DNA of 64,000 bases from Octopus sinensis (lineage: Eukaryota): NCBI RefSeq assembly GCF_006345805.1, contig NC_043015.1, forward strand, positions 34,534,001-34,598,000. The letters run 5' to 3'. Positions 1 through 13,497 of the stretch are shown piece after piece. The stretch's first letter is position 1. Each line of letters opens with the position of its first letter. The position numbers and the translations under genes were made by a program. The notes beneath the pieces are model-generated. The model searched no databases, was not told where the DNA came from, and saw nothing but the letters and a program-made list of their open reading frames with translations.

Positions 1-739
1 TGTCAGTTGAATATCAACTCTTCTAGCCTGGCTTAATGCCTTGATCCTACATAATCTCTCTGTGACCCTAACTAATATCCAATATAACTGAATATTCCAA
101 AGTAAACTTGGAACAAATTTCTTGTTATCAGCCTTGCCCCCCCCCCCCCTCCATTTCACTGCTGCTCTTTATCTTCAATGGATGTCTCCACTGCTTTTTC
201 CCTTTACTTTTTCTTAACTCATCTTTCATGTTTAAATATACATTCAGTTACCATTTTATCTCCAATCACTTCTGCCTTTCTGATTTTATCACTTATATTT
301 CCTTGCTATATATCATCTCAATTCTGACATGTGGATGCTATAATTTTTGTTTCTTATGAAATCCTAATTCTTAAACCTTTTTCATAATCATATTTATTTT
401 TCTACTTTTTACTTCACTTTATTTTCCCATGGCAACCATGCATGCAAACCATCATCATCATCTTCAGTACTTGACTATACAAGTGTACATCAAACTGAGC
501 TTTCTTCTTTCAGTCAGTCAAAAATTTTGCATCTCTATATATGTCCCTATTGTTTTTATTGATTACATTATATCAAATTCTTTCTCTTTAATGAGAAAAC
601 TAATTTCTTTAATTATTTAAGCTTTTGATACTATTTCAGAAAACAATCATGGAAATACTTGTCATAAGTTTTTTTATAGAGTCTAAATACTGTCGAGTAT
701 CTTTCAACCCAGCATTCTGCCTGATTTCAGTTACACATT

Positions 740-908
740 GAACATGTCACATGATTTTGGTTCTCCACTGAGAATTTGCTCTTCAGTGAACAAGTCACAT
801 GATATTCATTTAGCAGCAAACGTATCTACTGAGCATGTCACATGAGTTTGCTCCCATAGTGAACATGTCACCTGATTTTGGTTCTATACTGAGCACATCA
901 CCTGATTT
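740..908. repeat. Degenerate ~30 bp minisatellite carrying E-box cores
   Basis: GTCACATGA at 746, 794, 837; GTCACCTGA at 867; ATCACCTGA at 897; repeated flank GA(A/G)CATGTCAC..GATTTTGGTTCT. Confidence 0.7.
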
Positions 909-1849
909 AGTAACAAGTCCTCATCATGATTTACACTATGAATTAAGCTTTTGATCGGATTCAAGTACCAAATGAAGCCAATGACCAAGTTTTGCTTCCA
1001 GGTAGTTGTTATTTAATTTTCCCTTTTGTCACCAATGTTCTTTAAAAGGGGATGGGGGGATGCATAATTTTTCATTCTCACACCTAAAAAATCTAGATGT
1101 TATTTTAATGTAGAAATGGTAACAGGAAACCATTTTAATATTTCCTTTTAATTATTTATCTGTGAAAGCCACAGGTTTTAAATAACATAACAATATCTTC
1201 CTTACTGAAGTAACTTATCATTTATTCAAAATATATTGAACTCAATACATTACTGATGTGCAGTGTATCAATGAAGCATTAGAATAATAATAGCAGAAGT
1301 GTTTATATTGCTACTGCTACTAATAACAACAACAACAAATTTGTGGAAAGAGACCCTGTGAGGCCTCTGACAACTGGTTGCTGTCCACTCTCACAAAATC
1401 AACCACAGCAAGTAAGTTCTGATAAGTAAAATAATAATAATAATAATAATAATAATCCTTTCTACTAAAGGCACAAAACCTGAAATTTTGGCAGTGGAGG
1501 GTACTAGTTTATTACATTGACCCCAATGCTATTGGTATTTACAAAATTCTTTTCTTGTAACTGTGATAGGTCCAAAAATTCTGTCTGTTCATTAGTGTCA
1601 AGGAAATTTTTTTTTTCACGTAGTTTCTATGTGAATGGACCGTAGTATTTGGAAGTGTGTAATTGCTACTGTTGTTGCTGTCTTCTAAAGTACTTATTTA
1701 ATTATTCATGATATTTTCTTTGCCATTAAATTTTTACTAGTGGAGTTGAGAGTGCTAATGAATTCCAAATACAAACAGCCAATGAGAGAGAAAAAGCTCT
1801 ACTCCACATGATCAGTTCCACCATGAAACTAACAACTTATAAGACTAGG

Positions 1850-2646
1850 AAGCATCTTGGAGGTGGCTCAGCAAAGGGGACCTTAAAGAAACAACTGAAA
1901 GCTTAATCCTCACTGTCCAGGACCAGGCATTGAATACCAACTCAGTGCAAAGGGATAAATGCCTCACAAGTACAACAAACCTCTGTTGGATGTGTGGGAA
2001 GAAGATCAAAAGTGTGACTCAGTACAAGTGCAGACACCAGGTGGCAGCCCAAAACCATCACTGGTTACTATGCTAGAAGTATGGATATTAGGTAACGAGT
2101 GTTTGAGGCCAACATCCACTGGAAAAGGTAATGGACGAAAATGGAAAGGCAAAGATCCTCTGGGAATTTAACTTTCAGACAAACAAGGTGTTGGGAGCAC
2201 TGAAGACCAGATAATGTAGCCTTTAAGAAGGACAAGCAGGAGTGCTTAATAATCGATGTGGCAAGATCAACATATTATCATGAAAGAAAGAGTAAAGGTC
2301 GACAAATGGTGAACTGAAGACTGAGCTTGCCAAGATGTGGCAGCTGCACGAGTCAAACATAAAGGTTATCCCTATTGTCATTAGAGCTCTGGGTTCTGAG
2401 GAAACATCTGGTCCCTTTAGAAATATATCTGAACCTGGGAAAACATCTGAACACTTTAGAAACACCCTACAATCTTGGTGCATTGCAAAAATTGGCTTTC
2501 CTTGGAACTACATGTATACTGTGTCAATTGCTGTCGGTCTGTGGTTCTTAATGTGACTTACAGACTACAAATTCCCAATATCTTCAATCTACAGCATCGC
2601 AATATTGAATACTGTGTGGCACCTTACATAATAATAATAATAATAA
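1850..2646 (+). mobile_element. Decayed 3' end of a non-LTR retrotransposon with RLE endonuclease (R4/Dong-like)
   Basis: Frameshifted peptides WLSKGDLKETTESLILTVQDQAL, LCWMCG..YKCRH (zinc knuckle), KILWEFNFQT, RPDNVAFKKDKQECLIIDVA (PD..D nuclease motif), KMWQL..IKVIPIVIRALG, LQKLAFLGT; (TAA)n tail at ~2628-2646. Confidence 0.85.
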
Positions 2647-2734
2647 TGACGATGATGATGATCCCTTTTGCTATTTAGTGGGAGGAGGCTAATCAATTAC
2701 AATGACCCCAGTGCTCAACTGAAAGGGAGAAAAT

Positions 2735-3085
2735 GTAACTATTTTTGGGGACTTCCAAGTATGTACAGATCAGACCATCAAAGCAAACAAACCAGATATT
2801 GTTGTGAAAGACTAAAACTATAAAGTCCGCTTATTGATTGACATGAGGAGCATACCCTGGGACCATAATATCCTGGCAAAAGAATTTGAAAAGCTCAGAA
2901 AATATAAAGATTTGCTAATTGAAATTGAAAAGATGTGGCATCTCAAGACAATTACAACACCAGTGATTGTAGGAGCATTTGAAATTATTTCAGAATGATC
3001 CCTGGCTTACCAACCATGCAGGAAGTGCAAAAGATTGTCTTCACTGGTCACAAGTACTGAGAAGAGCATTGTCACTGTGAATTTT
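2735..3085 (+). mobile_element. Second, distinct RLE-type LINE 3' fragment
   Basis: WDFQVCTDQTIKANKPDIVVKD, LLIDM, KEFEKLRKYKDLLIEIEKMWHLKTITTPVIVGA, VLRRALSL*. Confidence 0.8.
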
Positions 3086-3939
3086 CTTTCCCTTTTCCCC
3101 TTCATTTTCTTTGTTTATTTTTTTATTTTTTCTCTCTGTCTTTCTTCCCCTTTTTCTCTATCACATGATTTTATAAATGGACAACTTGGTGTGTTTATTT
3201 TAATGGCCTACCAATGTATACAGTGCATTCCTCTGTCCTAGGTGTTAGGAAGACACTTAGAAAGAAATAGAAAGAAAATTGAAAGATGATAAGGAAAATA
3301 ATAATAACAATAATAACAATAAAAATAATAATACTAATAATAATAATAATAATTATGAGGAATAAAATGAAAAGTGATATTGATAATATTAATAGTTGTA
3401 ATAATAGTTATTTCCAGTATTGACACAAAGTCACATCTTGCAATAATAATAGTAACCATTTGTTGCTATCTTTTTAATCTCTTTTATCATAATAGTACAA
3501 ATGAATACCATCCTCGGGAATTTTTCTTTGAGAGTTCACAGTTATATTTGGGAAGCTTTAATAAAGTGATGTATGTGCTCTCCTCCTTTTAATTGATTCC
3601 TAGGGTAAAAAACGAAATGGGTTGCTAATCAACTAATCTCATTGCAATTCATACAAACAATGTTGGAAGCTATTTCAAGGCAGTCATTGTTTACTTGGGT
3701 TCATTAACCAAAAGTAATTAACTGAGAAGTCATACGAATTGAATTAAACTCTGTTACTTCACTCTTCAAGTAAATCATTGGCTGATATTTCAACGTTCTT
3801 CAGTTTTCAGTCTTAGAATTGTCCAAATGGCAATGATTGGATTTATTTATTAAACTAATTCCTTTTCAAAAAGAAGTTTTCACAATGTATTTTCTTTTCT
3901 GGAGTTTTTTATTTTAATTTCGACTCGCTTCATCTAGAA

Positions 3940-4176
3940 CGGTGCTTCTCAGGTATTTTTGTACTTGTACATCCCTTTGATCCCTTTGATTCCTATCTTA
4001 CTTGGATGGACCCTCAGAGCCATTCAATGTTTTAAAAAAAGTCATATTATATTTTTATGATTAGATATTATTAGGGAATTGTATTAAAAAAAAATTGTTA
4101 AAATATTTTGTGTTTTGTAGCATTATAAGCAATTTTAATAGCAAAATCTTATGTGGACCCTGTTTGAGAAGCCCTG
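3940..4176. mobile_element. hAT (Charlie-like) MITE
   Basis: Terminal inverted repeats CGGTGCTTCTCAG / TTGAGAAGCCCTG; 8 bp flanks ATCTAGAA / GTCTCGAG resemble the NTCTAGAN target consensus. Confidence 0.65.
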
Positions 4177-7100
4177 GTCTCGAGGAAAGGGCTATATCTA
4201 TGGCCTGATATAAATCCCATGGAACTGACGAGATCTGGAGGAAGAAGTTGTCTGGACACCCACAAACTAGTAAGATCAACGTGGTTGACTTTATTAAAAC
4301 ACATGAAGGTCAATGTCAGAGAGAAAGACAGAAGCAGGGAGGGAACTGATGTCAGAGGGAAGACTCGACAAAGTGGCTGGGGAAGAGCTTAGGATAGGAA
4401 AACACTTTAGGGATGACACCAGACAACATTCAGGAGCAAGGTCCATTGAAGTAGAAAACACTTTGTAATTAAGACAAAATCGGTTCCAGCAGTATTTATA
4501 TTTTTAACATTTTGGAAAGTTCTATAAAGTGTGTGGGGGGGTTCTATAAATTGTAGACAGCCAAACATAACTAGAATGACAACACTGTGTGTCATAAGCA
4601 AAACTATATTAGACAATGTTGTATGTTGTAGTCAACACTATGTAACCTATATGTTAAACTATATTATGTAACTGTACTGGAAACAAGTAACTTCTATGAC
4701 AACATTATAAGTCACAGGCAACACTAGCAGTCATAGAAATACTGTTGGACATTTTTGTCTAACTATATAACAGACGACATACTAAGTAACTTTTATAGCA
4801 TGTGACTATGTAGTAGACAAGTCTTTGTGGTTTATTGTACACTATATTATGTAATTTATGTTGTTTGAACAGATGTGGAATGAAACAAAACAAATTTCTT
4901 AAGGTGTATCTTTACACAAAAATTACGTTTTGAGTTCAAATCCAGCCGGAGTCAACACTGTTCTCAATCTTTGGAAACTGATATAAAAGAAAAGGATCAC
5001 TAACATTTTGGAAATTCATTCCATCTTCTATATTGATCCCCCATAAATAAGAGTGTATGATGATTAATTAAGCATTAATTAATTAGTGCTTGACATCTGA
5101 TTATAATGATTATGATGATGATGATGACAATGACTATTTGTCAGAAGCAGTAGTTTAGTAACAAAATGCTTTTGTTCGATACTATAATTCATTAAATTTA
5201 ACATTAAGAGAAAATCATCTCAATTAACAAGGTTACCTAACAACACCTGATGTCTTTCATTCTCACCATTAATCATTTCAAATATTTGCCAAAGTATTGT
5301 TTTTCTAATACTCAGACAGAACCATTGTGACAAAATGTTTGTGTGTGAGTAGGTGCACACTCACCCAACAATGCTGATTCTTTATGTTAAAGACATAAAT
5401 TAGATATAACTTCAGGCGTGGCTGAATGGTTAATTTTTGATTCCAGGTTCAGTCTCACTGCATGGCCCCTTCTACTACAGACTAAGGTCAGCCAAAACTT
5501 AGTGCGTAGTTTTAATTGCTCTTTGTTTTATTTTCAAGTGATACTAACTGCCTTCCCAACACAAAACAGCTATCATCACATGGGAATTTATTCCTGAAAG
5601 AAATGAGTTTTTATACCAGAGGCTGGCTTCCTTTCTTCTGTATCCTCTCTAACTGAATATTTTATAAGCATCAATACTTTATTTAACCTTTCTTATATAT
5701 TATATTTTAGGTAAAGGAACTGCAAGCATTCTGAGAAATCTGCTAATTGCATATCTTTATTAACTTGATTTACCAATTGGTTATTTTTGGTTCTTTATGT
5801 TTCAAAGACAAGACCAAAACTACACCATACTAATTCTTCCTGCACTTAAATGTGGTTAAATTTGAGTTATATATATAAGAAGTACTATTATTCATTATCA
5901 TTTCAGTTCCCATACTTTGACAAGCAGGACTCAAACATAGAATCCATAATGAAGGCTATCAAATCTATTTTGTTACTGGATTAAAGAATGGTTCTCTGAA
6001 GATTAACAATTAAGTTCAAACCACAAAGAACTAAAAATATTTTGTTCAAAGTTAGTTGAAATATTATTAGTGAAGCTTCTACATGTGTAACATCTTAAAT
6101 GTTGTTGATGCAATATGAAAGGATTTTTGAATTAATGAAACTTTTACTGTAAGGAATAAATTTTATTAGAAAGCACTCTTGTCTATAAATGACAGCTGAG
6201 ATTGGCTACTGCTGCCTTTCTTGGTAATAACATCTTATCCAAAGGACCATTATGGAGAGAACCGACACACAAAGACTTCATATTCCATGTTCAAAGTAAT
6301 TATTTTCTGCCACAGCAATAGTCTTTCATCTTCATTTCAGTCAACTTCTTTCAGATGAGTTTCTACAGCCTCAAGATGTGACAAATCAAAGATAACTCAG
6401 AGAAAATAGTCCAAGTTTTATAGAGAGGTGAACATGAGGAGGAAACCTGCCTGCAATCTTCTCAATACTAAACTATATATAGGAAAATACTACAACCAGG
6501 CAGCATGAACATGTACATACATACATAGCTCTTTGCAGGCACATTGGCCCATGCGTATCATCACATATTCACACACATAAGTATGTATGAGTTTTGCATG
6601 TTCACATTCATCAATGCATATACGCATGCACACACACACATACTGATACAAGTATTGCCTTGCATTAGACTTAAGACCAGAGAAATAAGAAGTTGAAACA
6701 TCAATTAGCAATTTACTGCAAGCCAGCAATACGTCAGCTTCTGTTGAGTTCATTTTCGTTTAATTAAAGGACATTGGTAATTTGCAATATGGAATTAAAA
6801 TGCTAACTAGTCTCTTATTGTCTCAGTATTTGCCCACCAAAGTGGTTTGTCATTATTGGAAAGTAGGCCAGGATATTATTCGAGTGACTGAGCATTAAAT
6901 GAAGGATAATTTCACCATTTTTCCTGTTCTCCTGTCTTCACTGATATAAAAAAAATAAAAGTAGTTTTTGTGTTGCCACGGTAATATTTTAGCTGTTTGA
7001 GCTCCTTTTGAAATTTTAATAATGCATATTTTTCTGGTTGTGTGTGTGTGTGTGTGTGTGTGTGTCCACGGGCAGGTATGTGTGTGTGTGTACTCTTTGC

Positions 7101-7734
7101 ACTAAGAAACATCCATTAAGGTTCTACTTCAGATTCACTAAGGTAAAAAATGAAGACACTTAAAGATCGCTTATCACAGAAAACAAAATGATATTTAAAC
7201 AGAAACGATATACAATTGTTTTGAAAAGTATTTCAAGGTTTCTATTGCAAATGTCTAATTGCAGGGAAGAAGGTGTAATATTCCACTTAGACATTGCTGT
7301 CTTTTATGAAACATTTTTCTCTAATGATAAACTGAGAAAACATTTACCATTATTATTATCATTATTGTTATTCCTTCTTTTTCCAGCCTATTTTTCTCCT
7401 GTAGCTCCATCTGTGTTTTGTATGAATAGGCTTCATACATTCACTGCTACACTGCTTTGTAGTAGCTTTTCTAGTCTAAATCATCATTGTCATCATTATC
7501 TTTGCCACCACCACCACCACCACCATCATCATTGTCATTAGCATAGAGAATAAATAGTTTGTGTTAGAGTTTGTGGTATTTGTTCAGGTTCTTTACTCTC
7601 TGAGTTCAAATCTAACCTTCAAGTGTGATTTTCATCTCTCCAGGATCAATAAAATAAAGTGCCAGTCAAGTTCTTCAGTTGATATAGTCAACAGGCCTTG
7701 TACTAATACATGTGTGTGTGTGTGTGTGTGTGTT

Positions 7735-9357
7735 TATTGGGTTGGTTCATTTACTTTTCTTAAGGAATAATAAGACACAAGTTTTAAATATAAAGCAATT
7801 TATTCAATCAATTATATAATTACCATTTAGTTTCAATATCTTCTCCATCTTGCAGACAGATTCTTTATCCCTTGATCAAAGAATTTCTTGTCTTTACTGG
7901 TGAAGAACTCTTCCAAGTGAATTTCTACATCCTTTACAGACCGAAGGGTCTGTCCCTTCAATGAATTTTGAATAGACTGAAACTGGTGGAAGTGTGAATG
8001 TGCTAAGTCAGGCAAATATGGAGGATGAGGCAAAACTTCTCAGCCAAGCCCCAGTAATGTCTGCTGCTATGATGAGAAGACCTGGCAACTAAAGTGGGAT
8101 TGCAGCCATGCATGTTCGGCCCTGTTAAGAATACCCTTGAAGCATCATGCGATATGATATGCTTGAGAAGACCTGTTGAGTCAAGTAAAACCAATATCAT
8201 AGCTGTGGCCAGTGCCCCTTGACTGGCTCCCATGCCGGTGGTGCGTAAAAAGCACCAACCAAACGTGGCCGATGTCAGGCCCACCTGACCGGCTCCTGTG
8301 CCAGAGGCATGTAAAAAAAGACACCCACTACACTCTCAGAGGGGTTGGTATTAGGAAGGGCATCCAGCTGTAGAAACATTGCCAGATCAGATTGGAGCCT
8401 GATGCAGCTGCTGGCTCTCCAGACCTCAGTCAAACCGTCCAACCCATGCCAGCATGGAAAACAGACGTTAAACAACGATGATGATGATGTCCATTCTTGT
8501 ATTGTCATGATGAAAGACAATGCATTTATAATTAGCAAGTTCTGGACGCTTCTAATGGATAACTGCATTTAATTTGTCCAGCTGGTCTCAGTACACCTCT
8601 GAACTGATAGTTCTGTTCATGGCAGGAAGCTCATAAAAGACAACACTCTGTCTATTCACCCCAAACCGAAAGTAGAACCTTCTTTCGGTGAAATCCTGCT
8701 TTGAGGATTGTTGGGGGTGGGTGGCCATGCTTCCCTCATGATCGTTTGCACTTTACCACATTATTGCAGAAGATCTCTTTTTTGTCCCCTGTCACCATTC
8801 CATTAAAAAAAAGTATTGTTTTCTTCAGGTATCTGCAACAAATCGCAGATGGACATTTGTTGGTCCATGTTGTCCTCATTCAAACGCTGTGGGGCCCAAA
8901 TATTTAGCCTGTTGATTTAACCAAGTTGATGCAGAAGGTTTTCAACACTCAGTTTGAACTTCTGGAGAATGTCTGTGATCATTCTGGTCATATAATGGAG
9001 ATTGCTGTCAAATAACTCCTTCATTTTGTTGTTGTTAATCTCAGCTGGCCAGCCACAATAAGGTGCACCTTGAACCAAAACATTTTCCAATCGAAATCTT
9101 GAAAATCACCTTTGGCACACACAACCTATAACAGCATCCCCTCTGTACACCTCACATACCTTTCTACAGGTTTCTGCTCCTTTCATATCTTTATTGATGT
9201 CTCAATAATGTTCATTTCAGTTCTCCATTTTCAGGCTGATCTCAAGCTCATAAAATACCTGTTTCATTGAAAGTTTACGTCAAACTACATTAGTGTGTCA
9301 GTTATCTAACAAGTATGCATGTGCAAAGAAAAATGCAAGCAGTTTTGCATATCTAAT
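7735..9357 (-). mobile_element. Degenerate near-full-length mariner interrupted by a LINE-tail insertion
   Basis: Minus-strand remnants from ATG at 9228: AETCRKVCEVY, IWAPQRL (WVPHEL-like), VTGDK, KRPELAN..IVFHHDNTR, EVLPHPPYLPDL, FFDQGIKNLSARW; eroded TIR-like ends TATTGGGTTGG (7735) and CATTAGATATGCAAAA (minus, ~9357). Confidence 0.9.
8073..8489 (+). mobile_element. 5'-truncated RTE-type LINE 3' UTR nested in the mariner
   Basis: Family signature GGAAGGGCATCCAGCTGTAGAAAC...CCAACCCATGCCAGCATGGAAA...GTTAAA + (GAT)n; splits the transposase between HDN and WEVL motifs; boundaries approximate. Confidence 0.8.
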
Positions 9358-11234
9358 GAGTTCGCATACATATAGGGAAAGACGAATGAAATTTCTTGTC
9401 AACCATTATGATGTGCATGTCTCTGTGAGTGTCCATTTGTTCATTTCTGTTTGTCTTGATATTGAATGCTCCGTGTAGACAAATGTTATCATGATGCAAG
9501 TGTTTTTTGTTTGCAATCTTCTCACGAAAACATATCTGGCCATTGTGTTGTTTGTTTTCAAATGATTGCAGGAACTTAATCTTGCTTGGAAACAGACAAG
9601 GATTGACAACGACCTCCAAAAATTTTTGTCCAATCCTTGCAAATAGAAAAGTGGACTTTAAAATAATGATGGTAATATTGAATCTTATTGTTGTTGTTGT
9701 TGTTGTTTCTTATGATTATTCTTATTATTAATTAACTATTCCTTGGCAGCTTTATTCTGTTTGAAGTCTTAGCAAGGTCACTGTGATTTATTGTAATCTT
9801 CACATGAGAAAATGTTGAAATGTCAATCGAGGTTGTAGATGTTGATATTGATTAGGTCAGACTGATTGAAGTGTGATATTGTTTATATCCACCCTGATTA
9901 CTATCTCCAGACAGATCATCAATGTTAAACTATTCGCTGTCCACTGAAAAGGAACTTACATCTTTGTTAGAATAATGCTTCATGTTTTACATCTCATTTC
10001 CATTTGTTGTTGATCTGACAAAAACACATGACATCAGTGACATCAGATATATATCTATATATAATTGATAGCTACCAAATACTTATTGTATTAATGTAGT
10101 TACTAGATATGTTTATTATTAGATCAATTCTTCCACTGAAGACATTGCCCTGATATCAAGAAGAGAATCTGGAGAAATATTTTTGCTATTGGAGATGGAA
10201 TTCAATCCTAGTTTAACTGTTTCAGTATCTGCTAGTATCTGTATATTTCTAGTGAGTTCAGTGACTCATGATGTATTGATTAGTAATTCTGCTAGAACTA
10301 GCAGCCAAATGTCCCTCAAATCACATTGTGCCATTTTTAAAATGATAAATGCAATATATAAAATAATCTTGGATAAAGGATAGGTTTATCACATGTGGAA
10401 CACCTTTCATTACATGTCTTATTGAACAGTTAATGCAGGATCCTGGAAATTAAATGGTTCTTCACTTGATTATAACACATTAATGGTAAAGATGCTGCCA
10501 ATATTTCCACCTCCAATCCATCCACCCCCCTCACACACAAACTTAACACTTGGAAAGGGTCTTGTTGTATGGTCTAGACTAATTGATAATGTATACCCTG
10601 GCATTTACTGTTGCTGTTCAGTTATATATAACCTGCCATTCAATGTTGCTTCAATATTTACCAATGGGTTTCACCAATGCACAAGCTTATCTTGGAACAT
10701 ATCCCAAATCTCCTCAGTTTGCTACAAACAGAATAATATAATGTAGTAAGGGATTAGAGAAAAAAAATTACAATAATTTCTAGAATTAGTTGTCATATTT
10801 CTGTAATTTAGAACCAAGTCTAAGAAGATTTACTAATTTAGCTCCTGTGCTCCATGAAAACCTTTCTGAAGTCAAAGCAAATGACAGAATCTTGGTTAAT
10901 TATAATGGAAACTATTGCTATCGATAATTTATTGACAATATACAGCTGATCAGATTCTTTCCTTTTCACTATTCTATAGTATCAATAGTGTAGGACACAA
11001 ACACACACAAAGTCCTCTGTGAGAAAATTATCTCTAGACTACAGTATTAATTTCAAAAATAATTGACCTTTATGTAATCATTTCAAAGCATTGATTTTTG
11101 CCAATAGCTAATCTTTGAAAGCCTTTTGGACCAATTTTCCCTAATTTCCATTGGCATCTGTCACTTTCTCTTTTACATTCCACTTAAGTTAACCACTGGT
11201 TTGGAATCATTTGTTATCAACTCTCCTGTAATGC

Positions 11235-11250
11235 TGAACAATATAGAAAG

Positions 11251-11314
<64 letters not shown>

Positions 11315-11335
11315 CACACACACGTACACACACAT
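11235..11335. repeat. (CT)n-(CA)n compound microsatellite
   Basis: Direct reading. Confidence 0.95.
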
Positions 11336-11589
11336 ACACAGATGCTGGGGAACAAATGTTTGTTAGTAAACAATTCGGTGATATTTACTATTTGTGAATA
11401 TTTTCTTGAAGTAGTTTGATTGCTCAAGCAATGAGACTAAAATATTGTCATCACACCTCATCCCCTCTCCTTTCCTGCTCTCCGTTTCTCTTAAATATTA
11501 CAGAGACATGAATGACAAAAGTCTATTAAGAATTCTATCAATAAATCTTTCTCAAGAAGCACTGTGTGTACCAAAGAAGTACACTCAGT

Positions 11590-11780
11590 GTAGGCCCTAC
11601 ATAGGATGTAACAGTGACTGACTTTAGGCCTTCCATATTGTATATAGTAACTGACTGTATGCTCTATATAGTATGCAGCAGTAACTGGCTCCAGGCCCTT
11701 CATAGAATGTATAGTGACTGACTAAGACCTTCATAGTGTATCTAGTGACTGACTATTGGTTCTAAATAGTGAATGACTGT
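11590..11780. repeat. Degenerate ~33 bp minisatellite
   Basis: AGT(G/A)ACTG(A/G)CT-like core at ~11613, 11646, 11681, 11713, 11744, 11768. Confidence 0.7.
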
Positions 11781-12204
11781 AAAGTGTGTACTGTTAGTTA
11801 TATTTAATTTGTATTTAACTTTTGCTTTTTGTAATATTCCTATTAGTATGATAGTTCTATCCACATTACTGACACAGTTCTCTGTTATGTGTCTTGTAGT
11901 TTATTTTCACTACAGTTACCTACATGTGGGACTTTGGGCAGTATGTCATATGATGCCCTGACATTTTCTTCATGAGATGAAATCACTGCCATTTGTTTTA
12001 TATGATACAATCTAGAGCTGTGGATCTCAGTATGTTTTTTACTTCCTTGCCCACTGGAGATCAAATATAAAATTTACTGGTGTCCTTCGCTTGGTAAGTT
12101 TTAAAAAAGGAATGGTTTTAAAGTTTAAATTTTAGAAAAAAAAATCCAGAAAGCTTTTGCATACTTTGCTTATTAATCATAAGCATGTATAACCAGAACT
12201 ATCT

Positions 12205-12337
12205 TAAGGTGCAATGGAAGGTTGCCGAGGGGCGCAATGGGAGCTTACCCAGGGACCTTTACTGTCAATAAATAAATACTATAGATTCCAATTCATTGAT
12301 TTGCTCAGGGGCCTATAATGCAACTATGATGGCCCCG
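12205..12337. mobile_element. Probable DNA-transposon MITE remnant
   Basis: GC-richer block ending CAGGGGCCTATAATG...GATGGCCCCG, resembling CAGGGCC-type termini; only one end is clear. Confidence 0.35.
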
Positions 12338-13269
12338 TGTGCAACAAAATCTTATATTATAAAACAGAAGCTTATTTTTTTTCTGTCCATAACAACATCT
12401 GTGTAGAGAGAGGAAGGAGGGGAGGAGAAAAGTTGTTGTTGAGAGAGAAAGAGAGAGAGAGAGAGTGTGTTGTATGTGTGTGAAAGATAGATAAATAGGT
12501 AATGTTGTCACTTAGTAACTTACAAGTTTTCATTAGAAATGCAGGAATTTCATGTGCAAGTATGTCAACACAATACAAACTTCAAAAAAGACTGTATGTG
12601 TATATAATACATTTAGCTATTTTGGGGAGTTGTTTGTGTGTTTCAACATATAGATAACATAACACAACACAGGCTTTAAGACTTTCACTTTGAACAATTT
12701 ATGAAGGTACATGCATGACTAACAAACATTTTTACTGATAGTGTAGTGATGGGTAATGACCGAGTTATGGATAACAAGTTTTCCATGACATTTAGGAATT
12801 AGAATGAATTTTCTAAAAACTTCTATTATATTTTTTGAATCCATTAAGCAACCAGATACTCCTTTAAGCATTTGAAAACCATAGACCTGATGCTCAGTTG
12901 TATGTGCCCCAGTATTTTGTAATAAAGTCATTAAAATTAGAATAGAATAGACAAATAAGATTTATTAGTTTAAATGAAGGGTCAGCCATAATCTTTTAGA
13001 TGTGTTTTTAATTGCAGGATTTGCCTGCAGGCATTTTAAAAATGTAAAGATAAAGCGTAGTGTGAATTGTTAAACTATTGTTCTTCAGAATTAAACCGAA
13101 ATACTGTCATGATGATGAGTAAGGAAGATTGACATGAACTTTTTGTGGGTGGAGATTGTCTTTGGAAGAAGAGACTTTTCAATGTTTTGTCTACATTAAA
13201 GAATATTGGTAACTGAACAAGAATCACCATTTCATTATAGAGAAATACTTCTTACCAAATGAAGCCTGT

Positions 13270-13497
13270 CATATGTATGTGTGTGTGTGTGTTTATATTG
13301 GTGCTTGTCTGCTCCCCACCACTTGACAATCAGTGTTGGTTTGTTTACACCCCTGTAACTTAGTGGTTCAGCAAAAAGCGACCAAAAATTAAAGTACTTA
13401 TCTTAGAAAAAAAGCACTAGTGTTAGTTTGTTTGACTAAACCCTTCAAGAAGGTGCCACAGCATGGCCACAGTCCAATGGCTGAAACAAGTGAATAG
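13270..13497 (+). mobile_element. tRNA-derived SINE family A, 3' half
   Basis: CTTGACAATCAGTGTTGGTTTGTTTAC...CAGCATGGCCACAGTC...GCTGAAACAAG matches the copy at 47254. Confidence 0.75.

Noticed and set aside
12016-13118. Plus-strand exon candidates ending at GTAAGT (12084) and GTAAGG (13119); also 32097-32133
   Set aside because: Acceptors are weak or peptides unrecognisable, and there is no independent support.
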